Shown here in pieces: positions 1-10,300 of a stretch of DNA of 64,000 nt. The DNA comes from a virus (taxonomy: Duplodnaviria > Caudoviricetes): the IMG/VR virus record IMGVR_UViG_3300036713_000599. One strand, 5' to 3'. Position 1 is the first letter of the stretch; every line of letters begins with the position of its first letter. Below the pieces are notes generated by a model. It was not told the DNA's origin. It worked only from the letters and a program-made list of their open reading frames with translations, and did not search any database. Position numbers and translations under genes: made by a program.

Positions 1-147
1 GACTTGAAACGAGAATTCAGCCGATACTTCACTTTCTCTTCCAAGGTTCCTGGTGGGGTTAGTGGACGACTAGTGAATCTTGTTGCTCAGAGGCAGGGTG
101 GCGACTTGAAGGTCACGATCGAGTGGCAAGAGCGCTGGGGACTATAA
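1..147 (+). CDS. 3' end of an upstream hypothetical protein (partial, 48 aa visible)
   Basis: Frame 1 is open from base 1 (DLKREFSRYFTFSSKVPGG...VTIEWQERWGL) to TAA at 145-147, directly before the RBS of the next gene. Confidence 0.6.
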   Translation, partial: DLKREFSRYFTFSSKVPGGVSGRLVNLVAQRQGGDLKVTIEWQERWGL

Positions 148-158
148 GAAGGTGAACG

Positions 159-1049
159 ATGTCGGTAGCGTTTTATAAAGGTCAGCAACTGGGGTGTGAG
201 GATCTGAACATCTTCCTAGAGGACACTGCGGGGGTGCCTACGAACGCAGCTGAAATTCACTATGCTTTATACGACTTCACTACGGGACAGGAAGTTCTCT
301 TGGGTGCTCCCAGAAGGACTCCTTCTAGCTCTTCGGTGGGTGCTTACTACGCGAGTGTGATTGTTCCTCTCGACGCCAATATCGGTAGCTATAGGGTGAG
401 GTGGACTTTCAGAGAGAAGGTAGGCGGTCCTGTTCATCAGGTAGTGCAGGAATTCGAGGTTATTGACAAAGCTACGAACCTGGTTAGCCAGTTCTCTTCG
501 TGTGAGGACGATATGATTCGGAGGCTCCGGATTCTCCTTCGAGATAATTCCCCGGATCGAAATTATCATTTCAGGCCCCCCGCTCACGAAACCACCATTG
601 GGCAGTTCAACCAGGTGTTTGGGTACATCTGGGAAGACGAGGAATTACAGGAATACCTACTTCGGGGTCTGGACATGATTGCCGCAGCACCTCCGAGGAC
701 CCCCTTCACGAGCTGTGACCAGCTCGTTCGATGTTACCCCGAATGGCGCACTCTTTTACTCAATGGGGCGTCCATGCATGCCCTATTTGCTTTGATGGTG
801 AACTGGATTTCGGACGAGTTCAGTTATAGTGTGGGCGGAGTTTCTCTGGACATCGAAAAGTCCAGCAAGTACGAATCGGCCTACCAGGCTATGCGGGATC
901 AGTTCGATACGCAATTAGAGCGAGCCAAGCAAACAGTGAAGACAATTCGCGGCCTTCAGCAGCCTCGCTATGGTGTAGGTATCCGTAGTGCTTTTGGTCC
1001 GTATACCGGCCGGGGTACCCTAAGTCCTCGAAAATTCGTAGGATTCTGA
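159..1049 (+). CDS. Head-tail adaptor / neck protein with N-terminal Ig-like beta domain
   Basis: 296 aa with RBS GAAGGTG. The C-terminal half (DMIRRLRILLRD...WEDEELQEYL...FSYSVGGVSLDIEKSSKY) has the helical adaptor pattern with an S-x-G-G-V-S hairpin. It is first in a neck-gene series. The call is from motif memory and synteny. Confidence 0.6.
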   Translation: MSVAFYKGQQLGCEDLNIFLEDTAGVPTNAAEIHYALYDFTTGQEVLLGAPRRTPSSSSVGAYYASVIVPLDANIGSYRVRWTFREKVGGPVHQVVQEFEVIDKATNLVSQFSSCEDDMIRRLRILLRDNSPDRNYHFRPPAHETTIGQFNQVFGYIWEDEELQEYLLRGLDMIAAAPPRTPFTSCDQLVRCYPEWRTLLLNGASMHALFALMVNWISDEFSYSVGGVSLDIEKSSKYESAYQAMRDQFDTQLERAKQTVKTIRGLQQPRYGVGIRSAFGPYTGRGTLSPRKFVGF

Positions 1050-1092
1050 TATTCCAGACTTTCGTGACTTTCTGCTAGCATGGAGATAAAAG

Positions 1093-1374
1093 ATGAAAGA
1101 TGAAAACCAAAACACAGATAAGTCGGTTCCTCAAGAAACGCCCGTTTCCCGAGAGGACCTAGATCAACTCGAACATCTTCAACGAGTTCGCGTCCAACTT
1201 TCACAAGAGGGCGTGGATATAGACTTGAGGAAAGTCGAGATTCTTGCGACGGTTCGTCGGTTGGACCAGCAGAGGGATGAGATATTCCGAAAAATCTTGG
1301 AGGACAGAGGTTTTCCCCAAGGGACAGTGATTGAGATCAATCCAAAGGACGGGTCCTTTAAGGTGTCTTCTTAG
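1093..1374 (+). CDS. Small coiled-coil hypothetical protein
   Basis: 93 aa with GGAG upstream. A heptad-like helix is followed by a short beta tail (GTVIEINPKDGSFKV). It fills the gap between the neck genes. Confidence 0.65.
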   Translation: MKDENQNTDKSVPQETPVSREDLDQLEHLQRVRVQLSQEGVDIDLRKVEILATVRRLDQQRDEIFRKILEDRGFPQGTVIEINPKDGSFKVSS

Positions 1375-1410
1375 CAACTCTCTTTATGGATCGATCTATG
1401 AGGAGACACT

Positions 1411-2769
1411 ATGCCGTACGCCTCAGATCGTGACAGACGCCCTCATTGGGATGAGATTGAGCAGTCTCCGTGGCCTGCCCCTCCACGGAATATGTTTCTG
1501 ACGAGTGGCTTTGATGCGGGGGTGTTTGACTTGGTGTGGGACGACCCTGCAAGTTTAGCCCTCAACTCTCGTTTTCACATTTGTGGCGTGAACATTTACC
1601 GTTCGTTCGACTCTGAGTTTGGTCCCTATGATCGCGTAACCAACCTCCCTATCGGGGCAATGTATTGGCGGGATCGTACGGATAACGTGCTTGTAGAGAA
1701 CGAGATGGTTGAGGATAATCATTGGATCCTCAGGGGAGTCCAGACAGCCGGTTCTAATCAGGTACGGTATGTGTTGTGCACACAGCGTCGCCCTATCGTT
1801 AAGTCGGGCTCCCAGGCAATTCCTGCTGATGCGCCTACGGATGTTATCGTTACGGTTGACGGGCAGCGAGCGACGGTTCTGAGGGTGGACGGTCCTTCAG
1901 GTGAAATTGAGTTGGATCCTGCTTGGTACCCCAATGTTGACACACAGACGCTTGAGCCAGCGATTGTGCCTGGGGACAGCTCTGAGACTCGCGTCACGTA
2001 TCTGTACAATCGACGTCTACTGAGGACTGATTTAGACCAACGAATCTTCTACCGTATCACCACAGTAGGTGTTCCAACTACCAAGCCTATCGAAATAGCC
2101 CAACCTCAAGATCTTAGGGAGACCCCTCTAGAGTGGGCGGCGTTTACGTCAAACAAGGAAATCGAGAAGATTGACTATATTTGGCGTGAGGCCGTTCGCC
2201 GTAACGCTTGGATCCTCCGTCAGGGTGGAGAACGCGTCCAAGTCTTCATGCGGAAGAGGAACGGCCTTCCTTGCGAGTGTACAGAGAGGCCTAGACATAA
2301 GCAGCCTCAGAATGATTGCAGAAAATGTTACGGTGTCGGTTTTGTTGGCGGCTACGAAGGCCCCTTCCCCCTCATAATCTCTCCTGATGATGCTGAGCGT
2401 CGGATTGCTCAGCGGGACATTGGTCGCACGGTTGAGCACGTCTACGAGGTTTGGACGGGACCGAGCCCTCTTCTTAGCCAAAGAGACTTCCTGGTGAAGA
2501 TCAACGGAGAGAGGTACAGCATTGGGGCCGTGAGGATGCCGACCAATAGGGGAATGGTGCTTCAGCAGCATTTCAATATCGGCCACATTGACGAGTGTGA
2601 TGTGCGCTACCATGTGCCGATGGATAGCCCCACTGGTCATGTTGTGACCCAGTTGACCCCCTCCGCCCCACCAGGAGGCGAGCCTGCTCAGGTGACGGAT
2701 AAGCCTAATATCCCTAATGAGAGACAACTTCGCGGTCGCACAAAAACATGGGAGAATATTTCGTACTAA
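1411..2769 (+). CDS. Head-closure / neck (stopper-like) protein with Fn3-like N-terminus and Cys4 motif
   Basis: 452 aa with RBS GAGGAG. The segment WREAVRRNAWILRQGGERVQVF..R..G..CEC...CRKCYGVGFVGGY resembles large-myophage neck proteins. It also contains an inserted beta module (RPIV...DVIVTVDG...VDGPSGEIEL). Confidence 0.6.
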   Translation: MPYASDRDRRPHWDEIEQSPWPAPPRNMFLTSGFDAGVFDLVWDDPASLALNSRFHICGVNIYRSFDSEFGPYDRVTNLPIGAMYWRDRTDNVLVENEMVEDNHWILRGVQTAGSNQVRYVLCTQRRPIVKSGSQAIPADAPTDVIVTVDGQRATVLRVDGPSGEIELDPAWYPNVDTQTLEPAIVPGDSSETRVTYLYNRRLLRTDLDQRIFYRITTVGVPTTKPIEIAQPQDLRETPLEWAAFTSNKEIEKIDYIWREAVRRNAWILRQGGERVQVFMRKRNGLPCECTERPRHKQPQNDCRKCYGVGFVGGYEGPFPLIISPDDAERRIAQRDIGRTVEHVYEVWTGPSPLLSQRDFLVKINGERYSIGAVRMPTNRGMVLQQHFNIGHIDECDVRYHVPMDSPTGHVVTQLTPSAPPGGEPAQVTDKPNIPNERQLRGRTKTWENISY

Positions 2770-3272
2770 TGCCTCCCAAGACTTTTGTAGCTCGCATTAA
2801 TTATAAGCCCCTTGCCTTGGACGAGGTTGAGAGACTCAAGCCTGAGCGGGTCTTGAAGTATATTCAAAGGGAGGTGCTTAGGGCTATCAGGTCGAGAATC
2901 CAGGTAGCGGCCTTTTCAGCGGAGGCGAAAAAAGCTCTGAGCCAAGGCATGCGGACGAAAATCGGTCCGAGAAGTTTGACAATTGAAGCCACTCATCCAG
3001 CTTTTTTCCCTCTTATTAGGGGTCAGGCTCGTGGGCAGATGACGTGGTTGAGAGGTGCGCGGGCTCCAATCCCTATTGTCCGAGATGACGGTAAAGTAAT
3101 CTTTCGGACTGCAACTGCGAAGTCGATGAAGGACGGGAAATGGATTCATCCGGGGCACAAGTCGACAACGATTATCGAGGAGGCCCGGAAAGAGGCTCGC
3201 GAGATTGTCAAGAAACGCATGAAGAAAGAGATTCAGCGGCAGATCAGAGCAGCTATAGGAAAATCTAGATGA
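2769..3272 (+). CDS. Basic neck/tail-completion protein (HK97 gp10-like position)
   Basis: The start is better placed at ATG 2769 (TAATG overlap) than at 2748, giving 167 aa. The protein is K/R-rich and ends in the WIHPG motif plus a helix, as is typical of this class. Confidence 0.5.
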   Translation: MPPKTFVARINYKPLALDEVERLKPERVLKYIQREVLRAIRSRIQVAAFSAEAKKALSQGMRTKIGPRSLTIEATHPAFFPLIRGQARGQMTWLRGARAPIPIVRDDGKVIFRTATAKSMKDGKWIHPGHKSTTIIEEARKEAREIVKKRMKKEIQRQIRAAIGKSR

Positions 3273-3910
3273 GTAATAAGCAAGGTTCTTACACGGTTGT
3301 GGGTATGGTGACAGGCACCCACTTGGTCGAAGACATCAACGTCACGGTCCCTCATCAGGTCGCAGTGGATATTTCGGCAGACGATGCGCACCGCTCACGT
3401 GATTTATGGATTGGGATCGACCAGAAGCGCCTGTTTTTGTTGAAGGGCCATTCCCGGACTGCTAGAGCGGTACCGCAAACCCCAGCCCCTTCGTTGCCTA
3501 CAGGCACCAAGGAGAGTGACAACCTCAGGGTTGAATTAGATACAACTAGGAAGGAATTGGCCGTTGTCCAGAAGAAGTTGGATACTGCCCTATCCGAACT
3601 TGCGGTGGCTCAAGACCGAAACACTTCTCTTCAGGAAACCCGTGCGTCTCTTCAAGAGGACCACGCAAAGAAGCTAGAGACTATTGTGACAATGTTGTCC
3701 AGGTTGGAGACGGGCCAGGTGAACGTGGTTGAGGGTGTTCAAGAGGCCCTGCAGGCAGTGGAAGCACCGGTTTTCATTCCTGGGAAGATTCAGCCGGTGG
3801 GGGCTGAGGCGAACATTCAGCCCAAGGAAGGCGACGTTCTTAAAAAATCTTCGGTCAAGGGTGCTGCCTCCACTCTTCGGGCTCTGCGCAAAGGTAAAGG
3901 TAAGAAGTAA
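3269..3910 (+). CDS. Coiled-coil protein, candidate partner of the actin-like ATPase
   Basis: 213 aa with an ATGA overlap. It has a small N-terminal domain, a ~65-aa heptad region (LRVELDTTRKELAVVQKKLDTALSEL...), a PVFIP motif and a basic amphipathic C-terminal helix (VKGAASTLRALRKGKGKK). Confidence 0.7.
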   Translation: MSNKQGSYTVVGMVTGTHLVEDINVTVPHQVAVDISADDAHRSRDLWIGIDQKRLFLLKGHSRTARAVPQTPAPSLPTGTKESDNLRVELDTTRKELAVVQKKLDTALSELAVAQDRNTSLQETRASLQEDHAKKLETIVTMLSRLETGQVNVVEGVQEALQAVEAPVFIPGKIQPVGAEANIQPKEGDVLKKSSVKGAASTLRALRKGKGKK

Positions 3911-3933
3911 TCCATTGATTCAAGAGGCGTGTT

Positions 3934-4548
3934 ATGAGTAAAGACTCGGTCTGGCGTGACCCAATGTACTACAACCCTATGCGGGACGGGCCTCCTTACC
4001 TCCCGGTCACGGAGTCTCAGAGACACGAGATTCGTGAGTATATCAACAAGAGTGCTGCTTACTATGACGTCCCGAAGCCGAAAAGTCCGTATGATGTTCT
4101 ATCGAAGCTTCTGGTTGGTCTTAGATTCACTGCTATGGTCCACCAAACAGCGCATTGGCAAGCGAAAGGAAATTCCTTCTACGGAGACCATTTGTTATTC
4201 CAACGCCTATATGAAGAGAGCCAAGAGGGAATCGACGGCGTTGCAGAAAGACTGATTGGTTTGACAGGTGACGTTTCTAAGGTCTCCTTGTGTGACCAAA
4301 TTCGTGACATGCACACTATCGCCAAGGTGTGGCATGGGCACTGTGGGGACGACCTGGCTGCCGTTTCCTTGAGAGGCGAGATGGCATTGATCAAACTCAT
4401 CGCTTTTTTCAAAAAGTCTCTTCAAGACGAAGGGTCTTTGACGGAAGGGCTTGACGACCTTTTACAGGGGATCGCTAGCAAGCACGAAGAGTTCGTTTAC
4501 TTGTTGAAGCAGCGCAGCAGCAGGCCAGTCTACAACTATGGTCGGTAG
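3934..4548 (+). CDS. Dps/ferritin-like four-helix protein with ~50-aa N-terminal extension
   Basis: The segment HQTAHWQAKG.SFYGDHLLFQRLYEE....IDGVAERL is the Dps-type H-W...H-x-x-F...D-x-x-A-E-R signature. Confidence 0.8.
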   Translation: MSKDSVWRDPMYYNPMRDGPPYLPVTESQRHEIREYINKSAAYYDVPKPKSPYDVLSKLLVGLRFTAMVHQTAHWQAKGNSFYGDHLLFQRLYEESQEGIDGVAERLIGLTGDVSKVSLCDQIRDMHTIAKVWHGHCGDDLAAVSLRGEMALIKLIAFFKKSLQDEGSLTEGLDDLLQGIASKHEEFVYLLKQRSSRPVYNYGR

Positions 4549-4595
4549 AGTCCGTAGTTAGACTCAGACCCAGATTCAAATTAGACGAGGATGAG

Positions 4596-5636
4596 ATGAG
4601 TAGCAAGAAAAAAGAGCCTGAGCAGGCTTATAGGCCTGGCGTCGGTCTTGATATCGGCACCATGAACATCGTATCCGCTCGTCGGGAGACGGGCGACGAG
4701 ACGCGTGTTAAGAGGGTCCGGGACGCGTTTCTCGATCTTGACATGACCGCTAAGCGCAGTCTCAAGATGAGTCGTGTGGACTACATCGAGAAGGATGACC
4801 GGCTTATCGTCATCGGAGACAGCGTCCTGACAATGGCGAACCTTTTTAAGCGGGAGGCCCGTCGCCCTTTAAGCAAAGGCGTTATTTCGGCGGGTGAGAT
4901 CGACGCTCAAGAAATTCTCAGCATTCTCACACATTTCGTCCTGGAAGATCCTGTGCAACCAGGGGAACATTGTTTTTACTCGGTCCCCTCTTCTCCGATC
5001 AACGACCAGAGTCAGGACATTCTTTACCATACGGAGGTTTTCCGACGTATTGTGGAGGAGCATGGCTACACGGCCCACCCGACGAATGAAGCTATGGCAA
5101 TCATCTACAGTCAGGCAGCTGAGGATATGTTTAGTGGGCTGGCTGTGAGCTTCGGTGCGGGTATGTGCAACGTCGCTTTGAGTTACCAAGCAACACAAGC
5201 CATGGATTTCTCGGTGAGCGACGGCGGGGGTGGGGATTGGATAGACGCTCAATCCGCTCGGGCTGTGGGTAGAACAGCTGCCCAGATGTGCGCTATTAAG
5301 GAGAAGGGCTTGGATCTATCTAAGCCGAAGAATCGTGAGCAGGAAGCCATTGTCTTGTACACGAAAGCCCTCATCGACCATTGTTTGAAGAATATTGCAG
5401 CCCAGTTCGAGAAGAGGCGTGGAGAGGTCGAGCTGTTGGAGCCCATTCCCTTCATCGTTTCGGGGGGTACCTCCAAGGCACACGGGTTTATGGATGTGTT
5501 CAAGCAGCAGTTTGCCAAGATTCAGAAAGCGGGCTTCCCAATCGACATTTCGGATGTTCGACCGGCGGTCAATCCTCTAACGGCTGTCGCAGAAGGACTT
5601 CTCGTGTTAGCCTCCGAGGAGCACGAGGAAGAATAA
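4596..5636 (+). CDS. Actin-fold ATPase (MreB/MamK/ParM superfamily; volactin-like)
   Basis: 346 aa. Motifs seen: phosphate-1 GLDIGTMN, connect-1 NEAMA, phosphate-2 SFGAGMCN, GGGDWID, adenosine VSGGTS, connect-2 PLTAVAEG. RBS GAGG. Confidence 0.9.
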   Translation: MSSKKKEPEQAYRPGVGLDIGTMNIVSARRETGDETRVKRVRDAFLDLDMTAKRSLKMSRVDYIEKDDRLIVIGDSVLTMANLFKREARRPLSKGVISAGEIDAQEILSILTHFVLEDPVQPGEHCFYSVPSSPINDQSQDILYHTEVFRRIVEEHGYTAHPTNEAMAIIYSQAAEDMFSGLAVSFGAGMCNVALSYQATQAMDFSVSDGGGGDWIDAQSARAVGRTAAQMCAIKEKGLDLSKPKNREQEAIVLYTKALIDHCLKNIAAQFEKRRGEVELLEPIPFIVSGGTSKAHGFMDVFKQQFAKIQKAGFPIDISDVRPAVNPLTAVAEGLLVLASEEHEEE

Positions 5637-5637
5637 C

Positions 5638-6810
5638 GTGTTTTATTATCTGATCGGGGCCCTCAAAAATCGCCTCATTTTGGAGCTACAGGATAGTTTT
5701 AGTAAACATCCTGTTTTCCGTAAGATAAGTCCTTACATACAGAATAAGTTTTCGTTTGAAAAACGGCCTCAGTTTGGGATCGTGGTCAAAGGGTCCAATG
5801 CCAACAAGATTCAACTGTCGGCGGACAATTACGTGGGCACTATCAGCAGCCATGTCATGTTGGCGTACGTAGGGGCCCCTGTACACCCTCTGGAGTGGGT
5901 CCGTGAGGATCTTAGAGCTGTTCAAGAGAACGGTATGCAGACACTCCCTGGCGTGTACTTTGTCGAGATCTTGTCGGCTCCTACGAATGCGGGTGAGTTG
6001 GGCTACTTTGCGATTGATCCTTTACTCACTCAGTCGGACGAAGCTGTTCTACAATTTCAGAGTGGTGTTGAGAGGGAGGCACAGCTCCAGCAAATACCTG
6101 TTCGGGAGACGCTCCGTTTGTGGCTTGATCGGAAGTTTCCTCTCATAGAGGGTCGTGACTACTCCGTGGATTATGGCAGTGGGGCCATTGCCTTTTTAGG
6201 TACCTTTGCGGCTAATTCGGTCGTGACGGCGGATTATAGGTACGCGGCTAGTTCGATCGGCCCTGTGCCTTACAGGTGGAACTCAGCGGATCATACAACC
6301 CTTCCGGGGGTTGTGATGGCTTTCGGGAAGCGGTCTGAGGCGGGCCAGAAGGTGGCTGTGGTTGTTTACGGTGACCGCGTTAGTGTAGCCCAGGCATATG
6401 GCGGTAAGTTTGAGGCGAGCTTCGATCTAGATGTCATAGCTCGCGACTCTTACCAGATGGAAGAGATCGCGGACCTGCTCATCATGTACCTTTGGGGTGA
6501 AAAACGGTCCAAGTTGGCCTTTGAGGGTATCGAGATAGTGGATGTCTCTATGGGTGGTGAGTCGGAGGAGATCTATGACGAGACCGCGGACGACTCGTAT
6601 TACCAGGCATCTATGTCTGTGCAATTACAGGCGGACTGGGAGATCCATATCCCGATACCATTGACTCTGTCTAGAGTTACGCCTGTGACTGCTGAGGGCG
6701 ACGAGGACCCGACAGCCCTTTCTGGGATCCATCAGGTGGTGGATGACTTGTTTTTTGCGACACATGCTGTTTTGATTGACCGAAACAGTGACTACGAAAA
6801 GATTACCTAG
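5638..6810 (+). CDS. Tail terminator / tail-completion protein with inserted beta domain
   Basis: GTG start, 390 aa. The C-terminal segment (ASFDLDVIARDSYQMEEIADLLIMYLW...YYQASMSVQLQADW) fits the gpU/gp15-like terminator fold. It lies just before the sheath gene. Confidence 0.6.
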   Translation: MFYYLIGALKNRLILELQDSFSKHPVFRKISPYIQNKFSFEKRPQFGIVVKGSNANKIQLSADNYVGTISSHVMLAYVGAPVHPLEWVREDLRAVQENGMQTLPGVYFVEILSAPTNAGELGYFAIDPLLTQSDEAVLQFQSGVEREAQLQQIPVRETLRLWLDRKFPLIEGRDYSVDYGSGAIAFLGTFAANSVVTADYRYAASSIGPVPYRWNSADHTTLPGVVMAFGKRSEAGQKVAVVVYGDRVSVAQAYGGKFEASFDLDVIARDSYQMEEIADLLIMYLWGEKRSKLAFEGIEIVDVSMGGESEEIYDETADDSYYQASMSVQLQADWEIHIPIPLTLSRVTPVTAEGDEDPTALSGIHQVVDDLFFATHAVLIDRNSDYEKIT

Positions 6811-6835
6811 ATTTGGATGAAGATAAGGATAAGCG

Positions 6836-7249
6836 ATGCCCCAATACACTTTCGACTGTAGGTGTGGTTTACAGTTTACTCGCACTCTCAAGGCAGAGAA
6901 TCACGAATCCTGTGTCTGTCCTGACTGTGGTGAGGACGCCCCTCGCCAGTTAATTGGGCAAAGTTTTGGTTTCGGCTTCTCTCCAGGAAGTACTCCCGGC
7001 AATAGTGGGGTCACGAAACATGACTCCCCTACGGCTGATCAGGTGGTAGGACGCTCGGCCGAAGTCAGGTGGAGGGAATACGAGGAACGAGAGACGGTCA
7101 AAGACAAAGTCCGTGAAATTGGAGGTACCCGAGCTCTCCGCCGTAGAACTTACAGGGATGCTATTGAGTACGAGGAAGGTGGGGATGCTATTGAGAGACG
7201 AAAGAAAATTGTGAACAGAATACGTCAGTTTGAGCGGTCAGATGACTGA
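6836..7249 (+). CDS. FmdB-family zinc-ribbon protein
   Basis: The N-terminus MPQYTFDCRCG..F........CVCPDCG...PRQL is the FmdB (CxxC-CxxC) pattern. Confidence 0.8.
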   Translation: MPQYTFDCRCGLQFTRTLKAENHESCVCPDCGEDAPRQLIGQSFGFGFSPGSTPGNSGVTKHDSPTADQVVGRSAEVRWREYEERETVKDKVREIGGTRALRRRTYRDAIEYEEGGDAIERRKKIVNRIRQFERSDD

Positions 7250-7375
7250 TGTGTTGATAATGCTTTCGTTCGCAGGGTGAGGGTAGAGGCTGAGCCTCAA
7301 GATAAAAAACCAGACCCAAATCCAAAGCCCTATAACCAAATCTAAAAAGAAGAACACTTCGTGAAGGAGGCCACC

Positions 7376-10300
7376 GTGGCTCTTGGACCGTTCACCACAT
7401 ACGTTCCCCCTGGGGTTTATACCCGCACCCTTACTGAAGCCAATGCTGCCAACTTGGTTGCAGGGCTAAGGATTCCTGTCATCATTGGCGTGGGCCAGGA
7501 AGAGCTGGAGCAACCGGACCTAGAGTTAGTTCGGGGCTCCTCTGCGACCTTGGATCAACAGATCGTCAGTGAGGATGTTTCACAGCGATTTGTGGTCGAT
7601 GAGACGAACCCTAGTAGTCCGGTTCTCGGAGCGGTTGACGGTACCGTTTCCAAGTTCCGTGTACGCAACTTTCCCGTTGTCACCGGTGAGGGGCTCGGAC
7701 GCGCAGCCAACAGCCCTCGTCACGTTAGCGTGACCGTGGACGGCAATCAAGTGGCCGTCGGGAGCGTCCAAGGTACTGACGGGTATGTTACCCTTCAGGT
7801 CCCTCCCCAAGCAGGCGCGGATGTCCGCTGTACGTACTTTTTCCACCGAAGTGACACTGCTTTCATCGACGATGTTTCTAGCCAGGTAACGACGGAACAG
7901 GCTGTTCTGACTGCTCCAGCTACGGCTACGTACACTGTCACTCTTGGCACTACAGATTCCTTCAAGTTTACCATTGATGGTGGCTTTGAGACGACAATTG
8001 TTTTTACGGCAGGATCCTACACCGCTGCAGGCATCAAGGCTCTTGTTGACGCTGCAAGCGTCACTGGCTTGTCTACGTCTGTCTACACGGATGAACGGGG
8101 CGGAGAACATGTCCGGTTTACCGCGGCACAGAGTATCGTTATTGGGGACGGCGGCGCTAACGGGGTCCTAGGTTTTGCGGCAGGAACGCAGACGACCCGT
8201 AACGCCGCGTTCCGGGTCTTCCAGCGTCCGATTGTGGACGGCACAGACGGAGGCATCACCACTACGGACACGTCCAAGGTTGTGGTCCTCGTCAATGGTT
8301 CTCAGGTTATTCCTGCAGAAGTGGACGGAACCAACGGACTCGTTACCCTTTCTCAGCCGCCTGCAAGTGGGTCCACGGTGTCGATCCAATACTGGGCGAA
8401 CACCTGGCAGGACACGTTTGACTACTTGCCAAATACGCTGGTTACCGATGTGATCCGGTGCGGCTTCTCAGCGGGCCGTAACGATTACATCGAGGAGCAG
8501 GACTTTGTTATCTCGAACCCAAGTGCAGATGTTTCGATCATCCATTGGGGTGCGAGCTATGTTGTCGCTTCAACGAGCCGCACAGCAGGGTCCACAGTCT
8601 TTGACGACACTCAGATTATCCCGACACTTGTGGATGATAAGCTGTATAATGCTGAATGTGCTCGGGTGTCCGACACCACAGTAGTTCCTGCAACACAGAG
8701 CCCCAACCAGTTCCTCCTCCCTGAGGTCCCGACTCTGGGTAACGGTCGCGACACCCCTCTGGGCTCGTCTGTGTACAATGCGGTCAGTAATAGCCGTATT
8801 GGCCTAAACACCAATCGACCTGACCTCATTACTGTTTATACCGGTCGTGACCTCCGAGACGCTCTTGGGCGTAACCCTGTGACCGTAACGCAAGTTGACG
8901 CTGTGACCCGCACTATCACTCTGAAGGACGCGGTTCCGCCGGATCACAATGCTTACGCGACCTTCTGGTATTCCCGGCTTTCTGATGACACCTACGTTTT
9001 CACTAATAAGGTGGCTGGTGCTGTCAATGTCGGTCAGTACGAGGTGTATTCTACCTCGACAGCATCAAACCTGTACCACTGCCAGTTTGGGACCAAGACC
9101 GGTCTACCAGAGACGGTGCAGTGGCCACGAGGTGTGGAGAATATCCCTGACGCGTTCCACACAGGTGCTGGCACTCCTGTGGCTGAGATTGTCACAGTCA
9201 CCTTCTCGTCAGAGGGTGCTAAGAATGCTGTGTACACGAATGAGGGTGCGGCTCCGTACAGTATGTTTGCCGGCGCTTCGGACTTCTGGCGTTCAACCCT
9301 CAATGGTTCGTCCTATGTGACAGACCTCGATACTGCTGTTCTAGGGTACCTGGCCGGTAGTCGCGTTTCTGTGAGTGCTCTTGATCAAATCACAATCACC
9401 ACAGGTACGAATGATGAGTTTAATGTCACGGTGGACGGAACGGACACAGACGTCACCCTCCCCGCTGGTGACTTGACTCCTGCTCAGATCGTAAGTGCCG
9501 TCAACATCGCCGCTGGTGGTGCTGTGGCTTCGACAGGAACTCTTACCCTCACGGGTCAGCCTCTCGACACGGAGACTGTTGAGATTGGTGGTAAAACGTA
9601 CACCTTCCAGACGGTTTTAACTGATGTTGACGGAAACGTCTTGATCGGAGCGACTGCAAGTGACTCCCTCGATAACTTGATCGCAGCGATCAACCTCGAT
9701 GCGGGTGCTGGGACTCTGTACGCCACTTCGATGACCCTGCACCCAACTGTTACGGCGGCGGCTGGCGCGGGCGACACGATGGATGTTACCGCGAAGGCGG
9801 CAGGTGTAGCTGGTGACAGCATCACGACCACACAAACTCTCACTAACGGCACTTGGGGTGGAGCAACCCTTTCCGGCGGTGTTGATGGGACTACGGTCGC
9901 AGCCTACTACCAAATTGGTGGCTCAGGCGGTGACGTTTTCTTCGTTCTTCAGAGCGCTTCGACCCCGGCCGCACTTCCGGCCGGCTTCGACCATGCGTCG
10001 GAAGTCTCGATTCGCCAGGGCACGGCGGAATCAACCCTCGGCTTCTCCGCTTTCCAAAGTGCGAGCGGTACTCCGACTGCTACCACAAAGCCTGCAACCC
10101 TTCTCGGTACTGAGGCAGGCCCCTTTGTTATCACAGCTGGTGTGGACGACCAATTGGATATCAGGGTGGACGGTGTTGACTACCAGATTACACTAACAGC
10201 TGGTGCTGCAGTCGCATCCTCCACAATTGTGAGTGATATCAACACAGTGGTTGCAGGTGTAGCTTCTGTCGGCACTTTGGCCAACCTTGACCAGGTTCGT

